Virus record (IMG/VR): IMGVR_UViG_3300027754_000048
Direction: 5' to 3' (one strand)
DNA: 64,000 nucleotides
From: a virus
Position numbers and translations under genes: made by a program. Shown here piece after piece: positions 27,946 to 38,200 of this stretch. Numbering within the stretch: position 1 is the stretch's first letter; every line of letters begins with the position of its first letter. The notes beneath the pieces were generated by a model. It had not been told where the DNA came from. It worked only from the letters and a program-made list of their open reading frames with translations, and made no database searches.

Positions 27946-30093
27946 TTATCTATTTTTAGCAATATATGGTAAGTTTATCTGAGGTCTACAATTGTCAATT
28001 AAAAGAAGCATAGATTCGTCTCGAATAAACTGCTGACTTAGTATAAACTCGTGCTGTTCTTCCTTGATCATGGTGTTGAACAATCGCAGATTTGTGATCC
28101 ATATAGTAGAAGTAGGCAGAGTATAATATTGTTCGATTAAAAACTCCTGTAACGTTAAAGAAGAAGCATTTTCAAATACCTTCTTAAAGGCATTATGATT
28201 GATAATATCTGCTGGGTCTTCTTCGATTGAATAGACATAAACGCCGCACTGTTTAAACTCATTAGAAATAGCAACAACACATGCATGCCATGCACCGCTA
28301 ACGAAGTTTGCAACAGTATATGTTTTTACAACTGAATTTACGGTTAATGTAATAGTTAGGTCCCCTTCTGGCTGTGCAGAAAAATATCTCACAAACTGTG
28401 CAGATATTCTAATTCCACTTTGACTCTCGTTGTCATAGCCATCAATAAAAGTGATCGTGTCTGACGTCGGAGGCACATTAAACAAGCAGGTAAAAGATAG
28501 GTTCTTTGCATCAACATTATTAAATTTAGGCTGCGCTGAATACACGATTGCTGTTTGTCTAGCTTTAAATCTTGCAAATTGTTTTGCACTAACTGCATCT
28601 ATTAAGACGTCTCGCTGGTCGTTAAAGGTAAGATCACGATATGCCTCAATTCTGATGTATCTACCAGAATCAGTTGTGCCTATGTGATTTGGTAGAGTAT
28701 CAAAAGGCCCTCTAACTCTACAGAATAAAGTTGAAGTATTTTTGAAATTCTTATCGTTTGTCATTAGGGCATGTGCCTTCCATGCGCTATACGGTGCACT
28801 ATCCTGATATGCAAGAACAACGTCATTTTTCTTTACTATCGTTGAGTCCAAGCTTTGTAGATTTTCAAGATTAATGCTATTTGCCAAAGGATCGACATCA
28901 TTTGTCAATTCATAATTTAATTCGATCGAAGGAATTGTACTAAGGTCATAATAGTTTTCAATTAGACTTGCAAAATTAAAAGTATATTTTAAAGGTCTCA
29001 AGGTTAAGTCTGGATGAATTGCTCGACGAGAGGAATCAAATGTTGTGCTGATCGTTTTATATTGATCTGGCATAGTTGCATCCTTAATATCTTCCTTTAC
29101 TGCAGTATCAAATAGCTGTTCCGCATTGATAATTACATTATCCAAAAATGTTCGAGTGCTGTCCTGTAATAGCATGTCGATGTTTGGAGAAAACTTCTTA
29201 AGTTGTATCTTCCAGAAAGTAGGCATCATCATGAATCCTCGATGTAAGTAGGATCCTTGAATTTCATACATCCTGTTTAGGAGAGGAAAATAGAGAAAGT
29301 CTCTCTTTCTGGGTTCTGAACTTGAACCAAAGATTGACTGAAAGTATCGATGATCTACTTGGATTTCAAAAGGAACCTGAAAATCCATTCCAAACTCAGA
29401 GTATTTCGGCTGGTTGCTTGGAAATGTGTTTTTTGGAACCATTACCTTTAAACATTTACGGTCCACATTTTTATATATGGTCCATTCTTTAAAAATATAG
29501 TCGCCGCTGTCTGACTCTGGTATAGTTCTAAAATAGACTACTTGATGTCCATATAGCTGATTTGTGAAGTATGACATTTCTTGATACATGCCTATTGCGC
29601 TTCCAACTTCATATGGTCGAAACGTTGGATCTCGATTAATGATGATTGACGTGCAGCTCTCATCAGAACATGCAATAATAGGAACAAATGTGTCTGGAAT
29701 AGTCTCAACCTTTGTAAATCTAAGTTTTATCTCATTGATCTGAATGATTGCCCCTAGTTCATTTGCAGTTCCGTCATTATATTCATACTTCACCTCAAAA
29801 TAAAAGGGGTCTGCTTTATCCAGAAATATTGAGGCAGCATCTCCTAGATTACCTGGAGCAACCTCGTACCATAGGGACCAGTCTAGTCTATTTCTAGAAT
29901 ACCTAATATACCTTTTTAGATATGTAAGATCTACTGCATCTGGAGAAGTCGCAATAACAACGTCTTCTACAAAGTCAGTAAATTCAGAGATTCCTTTGAT
30001 TGGATCAAGCGTTGAAAAGATCCTAAAATTTCCGCTAAAAGTAAGTGAGTTTTTTGCGGGATCAATTAAAAGCTTTACGGTAGTTTTTGCCAT
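27946..30093 (-). CDS. gp14: Neck/head-closure protein (T4 gp14-like) with LamG-like C-terminal domain
   Basis: YGHQVVYF, FGMDF..PFEI, EPRKRDFLYFPLLNRMYEI; C-terminal GAWHACVV...ITNLRLFN. Confidence 0.7.
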   Translation of the reverse strand: MAKTTVKLLIDPAKNSLTFSGNFRIFSTLDPIKGISEFTDFVEDVVIATSPDAVDLTYLKRYIRYSRNRLDWSLWYEVAPGNLGDAASIFLDKADPFYFEVKYEYNDGTANELGAIIQINEIKLRFTKVETIPDTFVPIIACSDESCTSIIINRDPTFRPYEVGSAIGMYQEMSYFTNQLYGHQVVYFRTIPESDSGDYIFKEWTIYKNVDRKCLKVMVPKNTFPSNQPKYSEFGMDFQVPFEIQVDHRYFQSIFGSSSEPRKRDFLYFPLLNRMYEIQGSYLHRGFMMMPTFWKIQLKKFSPNIDMLLQDSTRTFLDNVIINAEQLFDTAVKEDIKDATMPDQYKTISTTFDSSRRAIHPDLTLRPLKYTFNFASLIENYYDLSTIPSIELNYELTNDVDPLANSINLENLQSLDSTIVKKNDVVLAYQDSAPYSAWKAHALMTNDKNFKNTSTLFCRVRGPFDTLPNHIGTTDSGRYIRIEAYRDLTFNDQRDVLIDAVSAKQFARFKARQTAIVYSAQPKFNNVDAKNLSFTCLFNVPPTSDTITFIDGYDNESQSGIRISAQFVRYFSAQPEGDLTITLTVNSVVKTYTVANFVSGAWHACVVAISNEFKQCGVYVYSIEEDPADIINHNAFKKVFENASSLTLQEFLIEQYYTLPTSTIWITNLRLFNTMIKEEQHEFILSQQFIRDESMLLLIDNCRPQINLPYIAKNR

Positions 30094-30191
30094 TTAGGAT
30101 GAATTCCTTATTTAGTTTATTTATTTGAAAGTCACCGCTAAACTAGAATCAAGTTATTAGTAAAATAAATAATAAAAAGTTTAGTTTTAAG

Positions 30192-31007
30192 ATGAGCAAG
30201 AGCGCGTTTATTTTGGACCCACTTTGGATCACTAAAGGTAACTATTTTGATTCGGAGTATTTTAACTATGTTTTACTAGATGCAAGCATGAAATATAGAT
30301 CCGAAATTGAAAATGATAATATTGACAGATTTTACGAGGTATTGTTTCATGCACTAAACTTAAATAACTTAGCAGTAGACGGAAACCTCTTTACTGCTAA
30401 ATTTAAAGAGATTTGGAATAATCCACGAGTAAACACGATAAAAGAGGACCTAAAACAAATTTACGAAATTCCTCAAGAAACAGCAGAGGTCTTTAAAAAC
30501 GCAAATTTTATCTTTTTGAGTTTGCTGATAGACTACATGAAGATTCAAATGGATATTTTAGATAGCGTGAAACTTTTTTACATGAATCAAACAATACATC
30601 GAGAAAAGGATATTTTCATCTTAACTAACCGTGATGGAGCATCTACTTATAAAATTTGGAAACTTAGCGAGGATCCAAAACAGAATTTTGGCTATTCCTT
30701 TTCAAAGATTAGAACAATAGAATTGCCAAACATTGAAGCAAACACATTAAACGTAGAATTACAAAAAATAGATGATCCTAAATTAGCAGGTATATCTGGT
30801 AGAAAGAATCTCTGCTTTGCAGTTATTGAAGAAAAAGAAGACGACAATAAGGTCGCAAAAGCAGTAAAAGATCTTATTCTCCTGAATAAAGGTATCTCAA
30901 AAACTACTAGCTTTGAGCCAATGATGGTGCCTGAACTCTATGAACATGTGTGGATAGAGAAGATAATGCCATTTACACTATCTCAGTGGGCAGATATCAA
31001 GGGTTAA
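30192..31007 (+). CDS. Hypothetical protein
   Basis: 271 aa, divergent from the gp14-like gene, AATAAATA at 30164-30171. Confidence 0.7.
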   Translation: MSKSAFILDPLWITKGNYFDSEYFNYVLLDASMKYRSEIENDNIDRFYEVLFHALNLNNLAVDGNLFTAKFKEIWNNPRVNTIKEDLKQIYEIPQETAEVFKNANFIFLSLLIDYMKIQMDILDSVKLFYMNQTIHREKDIFILTNRDGASTYKIWKLSEDPKQNFGYSFSKIRTIELPNIEANTLNVELQKIDDPKLAGISGRKNLCFAVIEEKEDDNKVAKAVKDLILLNKGISKTTSFEPMMVPELYEHVWIEKIMPFTLSQWADIKG

Positions 31008-34000
31008 TTTCCAGCAAAAATAATGTAGTTCATAACAATATACGGTTGCATAATATTATGTGCAGCTCCGAATAAACCATCTGAGGTACCGTCTCCAGTA
31101 TTTCCAGTATGGGTGTGAGCACCAGTACCGTTAGTTATCTGTGTAGTGGCTACACCATTATTTGTCGCAGTACTTCCACCGTTTCCAATATTTGCTTGGT
31201 TCGGCCAGTTCACATACAGGTGTGTATGATTTCCTGAAGTCAAAGATGAACTGTCTGGGCCATTACCTATTACGTGCTGATGTGGAGGAAGCTCTGCTTT
31301 AATCAAAGTATGCTCTATTTCTCCACCTAAGAATCCTATTTGATCTGTTGCAGGTTGATCAAAATTGGATCCAACTGGCACTCTAGATCTAAGGTTAGGC
31401 ACTCTAAAATTAGAACCGATTGCTCCATATGTTTGGCCTAAAGTATCATATAACGCAGAGTATTCAGTTTGCGAATATGAATTACCGTCACAAAGCAACC
31501 AGCCTTTCGGTACTGTCCATGTGCGTCTTACTTCTTTAACGCTTATTGAATTGATAGTATACGTAGAGAAAGCATTTGCTTCAATGCTTATTGTGTCTGA
31601 ATTAAAGGAATTAACCTGAATGTAAAATGTATAAACTCCAGCTGAATAAAAGGAAGGTCCATATGCAGAGCCTGAGATACCTCCACTTCCACCAAGAGAA
31701 ATTTGTACTTGTCCTGAAGTACAACTTAAAATATCTAGAGTTACTTGATATGTAGTATATGAAGATATACCCGATCCGGTTTGTATCAACTCACGGTTTG
31801 TTGCCGTACAACTTACTGAATTTGCAGAATGCAACCATCCATCATTCGGTAAAGAATTACCCAGACTAGTTAACCAGTTTGCTGCACTTCCTGTAAATCC
31901 GCCATTTTGAGTAATTTCAGGACCAAGCGCAAGTCCTGCAGAAATAGGTTCAACTGTCACGTCATCTATTCTTCCATTAAAACTATTATTATCAGGTTCA
32001 AAGAAAATTTCATCGTCGGTATCCGTAAAATATAGGATAACACTTTTTGTTCCATTAGAAGAAAAATATTGTGATATTGTAGATCCGCTACCTAATCCTA
32101 ATCCTACTCTAACTGCTCCTAAAGTAATGCTAGATAGTGAAAATGTAATTTTATAAAAAGTGCCACTTTGTAAACCTAGTCCAGATTGATATATTGGAGT
32201 AGTCAACGCTCCTCCGTGCTGCACATACCCAGTCGCACTACTATAATTCCAACCACTAGTAGAACCATAATCTTTTATAGTAGCTCCTCCGAAAACTAAC
32301 CAGTTATTTACTACAAGACCGGTTCCGTCAGATGCGTTTGCAGTAAAATTTCCATTAGTAACAATATTTGAGCCGGTTATAATATTTCCACCGGTTGCTC
32401 CTGCCCAAGGTGTGACTGCACCTACTGGAACAGCTCCCATTCCTGTGATAAGTCCGCTTACTCCTAGATTTTCACCAACTAGCGTATTTCCACCTACACT
32501 TAAACTTGAATTTAACGTAGTATTTCCACCAACTGAAAGGTCTTGACCTATTTTCACACTTTCTGAACGTAGCGATTCAATATGTGCAGTTCCTGTATAG
32601 ATACCATCGATGTCTAGAGTAACTAGTCCGGTGTTATCTGCTTGGTCATGAGTTACGGTATAGATATGTTTTCCAATAATTTCAAATCTGCTATAAAAAT
32701 AGCTTGATGTATCTGACGTTGGAAGAGGTGTACGATATATTTGAGTTAGTGCTGGCACACTTGTATTTGTTGCACTCTGTATTGAAACGTCAGCTTTAAA
32801 AATATAGGTAGTTATATCTCCAGCAGAAGGCGGAGCTGACGTATACCCTTCAGCTAGTACATATACGCTATTACCATATTGCTTTATATCAAGCGACTGC
32901 TTTGTACTCGATAATACCCCTGCAGGATATGTTAATTGTAGAGTTTGTCTAACAACATATTGGTTTTTACAATACGGTGGTGTATTCGTCTTTGGAGTAG
33001 CAGTATTTAAACTGATAATTTTTATTGCATCTCCATAGGCTACATAGATATACTTGTCATTTGCTGCAATTGCACCTCTTTTTAAGATTGAGCTATATGA
33101 TCCGCCGGTTGTAGCTAAAATATTTGTGCTTTCTCCTATCCATGTGATAGTCGGTGCCGATCCATTTAATTGGCGTAAATCATATGCTTCTACGAATACT
33201 CTAACTTTTTGCGTAGCAGAGGTTAATTGCAAAGTTAATGTGTACAATGTATCACCTACTACTGTCATGTCTAAAATAGACGCGGAATTATAGACAGTTG
33301 CCGATGCACCATCTGTTAAATTGCTAGAAACGCTAGCAACAATTACCGGATCAGTAGGATCAGTAACATCAATTGCGGTGATTCCTCCAGTGTAATTAAG
33401 TAGTCCAGAGAAAGAACTGCTTGGCGCATGCAAACAGTTTGTTGCAACAAGTGCGTAATTTCCATTTAATTTGATTCGGTATGCAGATGTTAATTCGTCC
33501 GGATTTGTTCCAACTGACTGTGATCCAGTAGTTGCATTTAGTCCTAATCTAGATACTCTCTCTAATCCAAATGAGTTTACGTTTTTGGAGTTAATCTTTA
33601 AAATTTGAAAATATGTTCCCTCATAATACGGTAATACTGCATTTTGAGAACTAGTATCATCTAAGTTTTGAGTATGAACAGTATACATGTAATCTCCAGC
33701 AACAGCGACGTCTGACGCGCCAGTTCCAACCGGTTCTGCTTTGCCATAGTAAGAAGTTAAAGTACATGCAGGAGCAGAACCGGTTTTTTCAGTATATCCT
33801 CTAAACCTACCGTAAAAATTACTCCATTGCGCAATCGGATGATTTGGATTTTCGATAGAATATCTTTCGAAATATCCATAATTTGTAATTAAATTGCTAA
33901 CGTCTGGATCTCCAGAAACAACATACACTTCATTACCACGATGAACTATTCCAGCGTGGCCTTTAAATGTTGCTGGCGAGCTATTTGATGTAATTGCATT

Positions 34001-35242
34001 AGGCTTTTGTGAAGGTTCAGACATTCCAAGTTGGATAATATTTCCTCTATTTTGTAGAGTAGTATCATTTAAGTAAATGCCATCCGTTAATCCTCCAACA
34101 TCTAACATTAGGTACGAATTAGCCGCAGTATCTGAAACATATCCAGTGTATGTTGGAAATGAATAGTTAGTGTTAGACGTTCCAATTCTAAATTGCATTG
34201 CTAGGCCTGTACTAGCTGAGCTAGCGCCTTGTACATACAAGGAACCGTCTACGTTTATCGTACCGTTATTTCCTACAATGTGATCGAGGCCATATTTAGA
34301 TCCAAGGTAAACCGACACGTTTCCATTAATTGAAGTTCCTTTTTTTGGAGCACAAAATTCAAATACTGAATTTAGATTTCGGTATACGGATGGTGAACTT
34401 CCTGGAGGATCCATCGTGAACTGAGCAGTATTATAGGAATTTACACCATTCTCAATTCTAAAAAATCTAAGTTTAAAATTCTCAAAGACAGTAGTAAGAG
34501 TTAATCCGTTGGATGGATCATTGTATAAACTACCAAGCTCAATATGGCTTCTTCCATTGATTTCAGAAAGAGGAAGCTGGTGATCTAGATAGATTGAAAG
34601 CAGGGAATTGAAAAAATATTCAGTATCGCCTGTTCCAGGAGTAGGAGTAGGTCCATTATTTGATGGAGCATTTGGAAAACCTGACCAAATAGCTGGATCA
34701 TTTAATTTATCTTCGTTAAAGTTAGTTAAAAATAGAGTATCATTATTTGCAGGATTGCCTAGGGCACCTAGTGAAATATCATCTGAGATGTCAGAAGTAG
34801 TTTCTCCTCTTCTTGCAAAAACAATAAATCTATCGTCGTTTGGTGAGCCAAGTCCAAATCCTCTAACAAATGGAAGAGGAGAACTTGCAAGGTAATTATT
34901 GATGATTGAGGTAAGGTCAAAAACAAAAGTCCACTGTGCACCATCATATTGCCATACTGAAAAAGTTACAGTATTTAAGTATAGATCTCCATCGAGAAGG
35001 TCAGGTATTGTTAATGTGTTTGGATCTGCAACTGTGTCTAGATACCATGTAGCTCCTCGAACACCTTCTAATCCTTGGATACCGATCGGTCCTGCTGCAC
35101 CCTGAATACCGGCAAATCCCTGAATACCTTGTTCGCCTATACCTAACTCCAGAAGCTTATTGAAGTTAAAATTTACCTTGTCTACTGTTATCTCTTGTGA
35201 GTCTGCAGGAAAGACCTCCTTTAGATTTATTCTTACTGGCAT
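31004..35242 (-). CDS. Tail fibre: collagen-like GXY, LVIVD-like propeller, two CBM-like domains, tail-collar domain
   Basis: GEQGIQGFAGIQGAAGPIGIQGLEGVRG (35054-35137); IVHRGNEVYVVSG/VAVAGDYMY/GITAIDVTDPTDP blades; GWLLCDG...FRVPNLRSRVPVG...AHNIMQPYIVMNYII. Confidence 0.85.
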   Translation of the reverse strand: MPVRINLKEVFPADSQEITVDKVNFNFNKLLELGIGEQGIQGFAGIQGAAGPIGIQGLEGVRGATWYLDTVADPNTLTIPDLLDGDLYLNTVTFSVWQYDGAQWTFVFDLTSIINNYLASSPLPFVRGFGLGSPNDDRFIVFARRGETTSDISDDISLGALGNPANNDTLFLTNFNEDKLNDPAIWSGFPNAPSNNGPTPTPGTGDTEYFFNSLLSIYLDHQLPLSEINGRSHIELGSLYNDPSNGLTLTTVFENFKLRFFRIENGVNSYNTAQFTMDPPGSSPSVYRNLNSVFEFCAPKKGTSINGNVSVYLGSKYGLDHIVGNNGTINVDGSLYVQGASSASTGLAMQFRIGTSNTNYSFPTYTGYVSDTAANSYLMLDVGGLTDGIYLNDTTLQNRGNIIQLGMSEPSQKPNAITSNSSPATFKGHAGIVHRGNEVYVVSGDPDVSNLITNYGYFERYSIENPNHPIAQWSNFYGRFRGYTEKTGSAPACTLTSYYGKAEPVGTGASDVAVAGDYMYTVHTQNLDDTSSQNAVLPYYEGTYFQILKINSKNVNSFGLERVSRLGLNATTGSQSVGTNPDELTSAYRIKLNGNYALVATNCLHAPSSSFSGLLNYTGGITAIDVTDPTDPVIVASVSSNLTDGASATVYNSASILDMTVVGDTLYTLTLQLTSATQKVRVFVEAYDLRQLNGSAPTITWIGESTNILATTGGSYSSILKRGAIAANDKYIYVAYGDAIKIISLNTATPKTNTPPYCKNQYVVRQTLQLTYPAGVLSSTKQSLDIKQYGNSVYVLAEGYTSAPPSAGDITTYIFKADVSIQSATNTSVPALTQIYRTPLPTSDTSSYFYSRFEIIGKHIYTVTHDQADNTGLVTLDIDGIYTGTAHIESLRSESVKIGQDLSVGGNTTLNSSLSVGGNTLVGENLGVSGLITGMGAVPVGAVTPWAGATGGNIITGSNIVTNGNFTANASDGTGLVVNNWLVFGGATIKDYGSTSGWNYSSATGYVQHGGALTTPIYQSGLGLQSGTFYKITFSLSSITLGAVRVGLGLGSGSTISQYFSSNGTKSVILYFTDTDDEIFFEPDNNSFNGRIDDVTVEPISAGLALGPEITQNGGFTGSAANWLTSLGNSLPNDGWLHSANSVSCTATNRELIQTGSGISSYTTYQVTLDILSCTSGQVQISLGGSGGISGSAYGPSFYSAGVYTFYIQVNSFNSDTISIEANAFSTYTINSISVKEVRRTWTVPKGWLLCDGNSYSQTEYSALYDTLGQTYGAIGSNFRVPNLRSRVPVGSNFDQPATDQIGFLGGEIEHTLIKAELPPHQHVIGNGPDSSSLTSGNHTHLYVNWPNQANIGNGGSTATNNGVATTQITNGTGAHTHTGNTGDGTSDGLFGAAHNIMQPYIVMNYIIFAGN

Positions 35243-35244
35243 CT

Positions 35245-38200
35245 TTAGATGAAGTTAATTTTTATCTTTGGACTAATACTTAAACCTGCATCAACTGGTT
35301 TTTGAATGCTAAAGCGAAGGATCAATCTGTCTGTTTTATTTATTTTAACAGATCTCAACAGGGAATATCCCTGAATAAAGCGCTGTTTGTCGTTTAGGAA
35401 TACAAATTCTACTGTATTTGAATTTTTTACTTTTTCGCTAGAAACAAGTTCAGCGTTTCTTTTTGTATAAAATTCTACAGTGTCGATATTATACAATTTT
35501 AAGATATTTAATCGGATATATTCTTTTACATAACTTTGAATAGTATCGAAGTTTCCAATATATTCATTTGAATTTATAAGATACTCATTAAATTTTTGTT
35601 CAATTCCATCATTTATTAAGTACGATGAGATTACATTATTTACGTTAATATAGCCATCGACTGTTTTTTGAGTCTCCTTTATTACTATTTCTACCTGAGT
35701 TAAGTCAACGTCTTCTAATTTTTGTGTACCAGTTAGGGTAAGAGTCTTATAATTTTCAAGCTCAATGACTGGAGGAATGATTACGATCTTTCCTAGGAAA
35801 TTTTCGTCTTCTTCTACTCGTAGTGAACCTGCAACCGGTGAATAATTTGATTTGTCTGAATACTTATGGTGGAAGCCCCAATCCCAGTTGCTAGAAAGAA
35901 GAAAATAATCAGCTTTTCCGATTGCAATTTCATCAATTGTAGGATATACTGGCAAATATGCAGCATCTGATTCTAGATCTAGAATTTTAGTGTCAGCCAC
36001 CTTAATATGGCTAAAATTACGAAGAACTAGAGCTTCAAGAATATGTGAATTTAATTTTGTGTTGCTTAATGAAAGATCGTTAATTTTATTCTTTATAAAC
36101 TTGAAATTAGAACGACAGTTTAAAAGATCGTTTGCTATCGGTTCGTATTCTCCTTTATATCGATTTAAGAAGATAGAATTATTTAGAGCTGCTTGCTCAT
36201 ATGTATATGAAATTACTGATTTGAATGCATACTGAGTAGGTCGATCATCATCAATATTTGTAATAGTTTGAGTTAACTTTTCAACTTGTGCTTGATCTGG
36301 AACTTCTAAGTAATAGTTAGGAGTAGTAGTAGCTACCGGATTGCCCGTTGAATCGAGTGAATATGATTCATATTCAATAAACGGATCTAGCTCATTGATA
36401 TATTTCTTAAACTTAGCAAAAGATAATTTTTCTATTAGTTTTTCAAAATATTGTTCTCCACCGAACGTAAGATAGAAAGAATAATCCTTTTCAATTGCAT
36501 TTATAAATACTGGAGCCAATGGAATTGTTGTAAAAACAGAAGTATATGGGAAAATTGATAAACTTACCATTTCACTTAAATACTGTTTTGTTGAAAGTAA
36601 AATAGCTTCGGTACTTGCACCAAGTACTGGACTAACATTTAGTGGGTTAAGAGTAGATGCATCGTATTGGTCGATAATGTATTCTTTTCCATTGCTGCTA
36701 TGTAATATCAAGAAAGTTTTTTCGCTTGGAAGTATAATTTCATCTGATAGAATAGATGGATATGGTTTTGTGTTCTCGAGTCTAGCAACGTTGTTGTTAT
36801 TTACATTAAATCCAGAAAAAGTAAGATTAATCTTTGAAGTAACTTTTGCGTTTGAAAAATTACTAAGTAGTGAATTAAACTTTTTGTGCTTTAATGAATA
36901 GAGAAGAGTATGTGTTAGATTTGATACGCCATTATCAAATACTACTCTATAATCTCCGTCTACTGTTTGATAAACATTTTTAGGAGGAAAAAGTGTAGGA
37001 TCTGCAAAATACGCCTCATTACTTGATGGAGCTGTATTGTTTGTTATCTTTTCAATCGTATTCTTAACGTACCAATCCTGATCGATTTGAGTTAAACTTC
37101 CAAGAGCAACCTCAATTACGACAAGAATAAACTTGAAATCAGAGTGGTCGATCACTCTATATCGAATAGGTGATTGGTCACGGTCGATTAAGTTTTCTTC
37201 TACTGGTTTTAAGATACAACTAAATTTATATCCATCAAATCGTGAAGAATTTGTTTTGGCAACAGGTTTACCGTCTGCACCAGAAACAGTAGGATCGGTT
37301 ACGTCTTTAATACTAACTTTAAATCCTTTGAAGAAAGTTTCATATTGACCTGCTGCATTTTTAAATACTGTAGAGTATCTAAATTGGGTAGGCGCAATAT
37401 CGATCTGTTCGCCGTAGGTATTGGTTCCATCTGCAGGAGTATACGTAAAATATTCAATGAAATAGTTAGGATCGCTGAGTAATTGAGTTATGTCTAATTG
37501 CTTATCGAAATAGTAATCATTCTGCTTTATTGTAGTTGGGTCCAATAAATAGTTGAACTTACTTTCAATATAGAACCACTCATGGGTAAAATTATTTGGA
37601 TTTTGAGTTCTATCAGTATGGTCAGGAGAAAAATTATTTCTACCGAACACAATTTCAGTATTTAGACGATATGGATTATCTCGTGAATCAAAACCATCTT
37701 TAATTCTCCATTTGGTGATATAAGGAATTATCTTGGACCTTACTGAAAAATCTTTACTATCGTTTTCTTTATAAAAATCATATTCAGTATTGGTCAATCC
37801 ATTGATATACTTCGTCTGTAAGTTATAAAGAGTAGTGTTTTCTTGTGGAATAACTTTATTTGGATCTTTAAGTATTGAGAATCCGTTAAAGTCTTTTAGT
37901 TCTTTATTTTCATCATTGATTGGAGTGATTAAGCTACCCCCTAGTAAGTTTGAATCTGGTGCATAAATAACGATAGGTTCTCCAGAAACAATTGAATATT
38001 TTGATGCTGAAGTAACGGTAAATGTTCCAATAACTGAGGCTAGGCAAATTCCTCCAGGTTCAGCTGGAGTAGAAACTCCCCAACCTTTATTAATGACTAG
38101 AGTAGTTTGACCTGCTCCTGGATAATTTGCAACAACATTTGTAATATTAGCACTGCCATTATATGAGTCATTTGTATATCCAGCATCTTGCGAAACGTAA

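Noticed and set aside
31520-32390. Intein inside the tail-collar domain
   Set aside because: No N-terminal Cys/Ser splice motif, no terminal His-Asn and no LAGLIDADG; the insert looks like CBM tandem domains.
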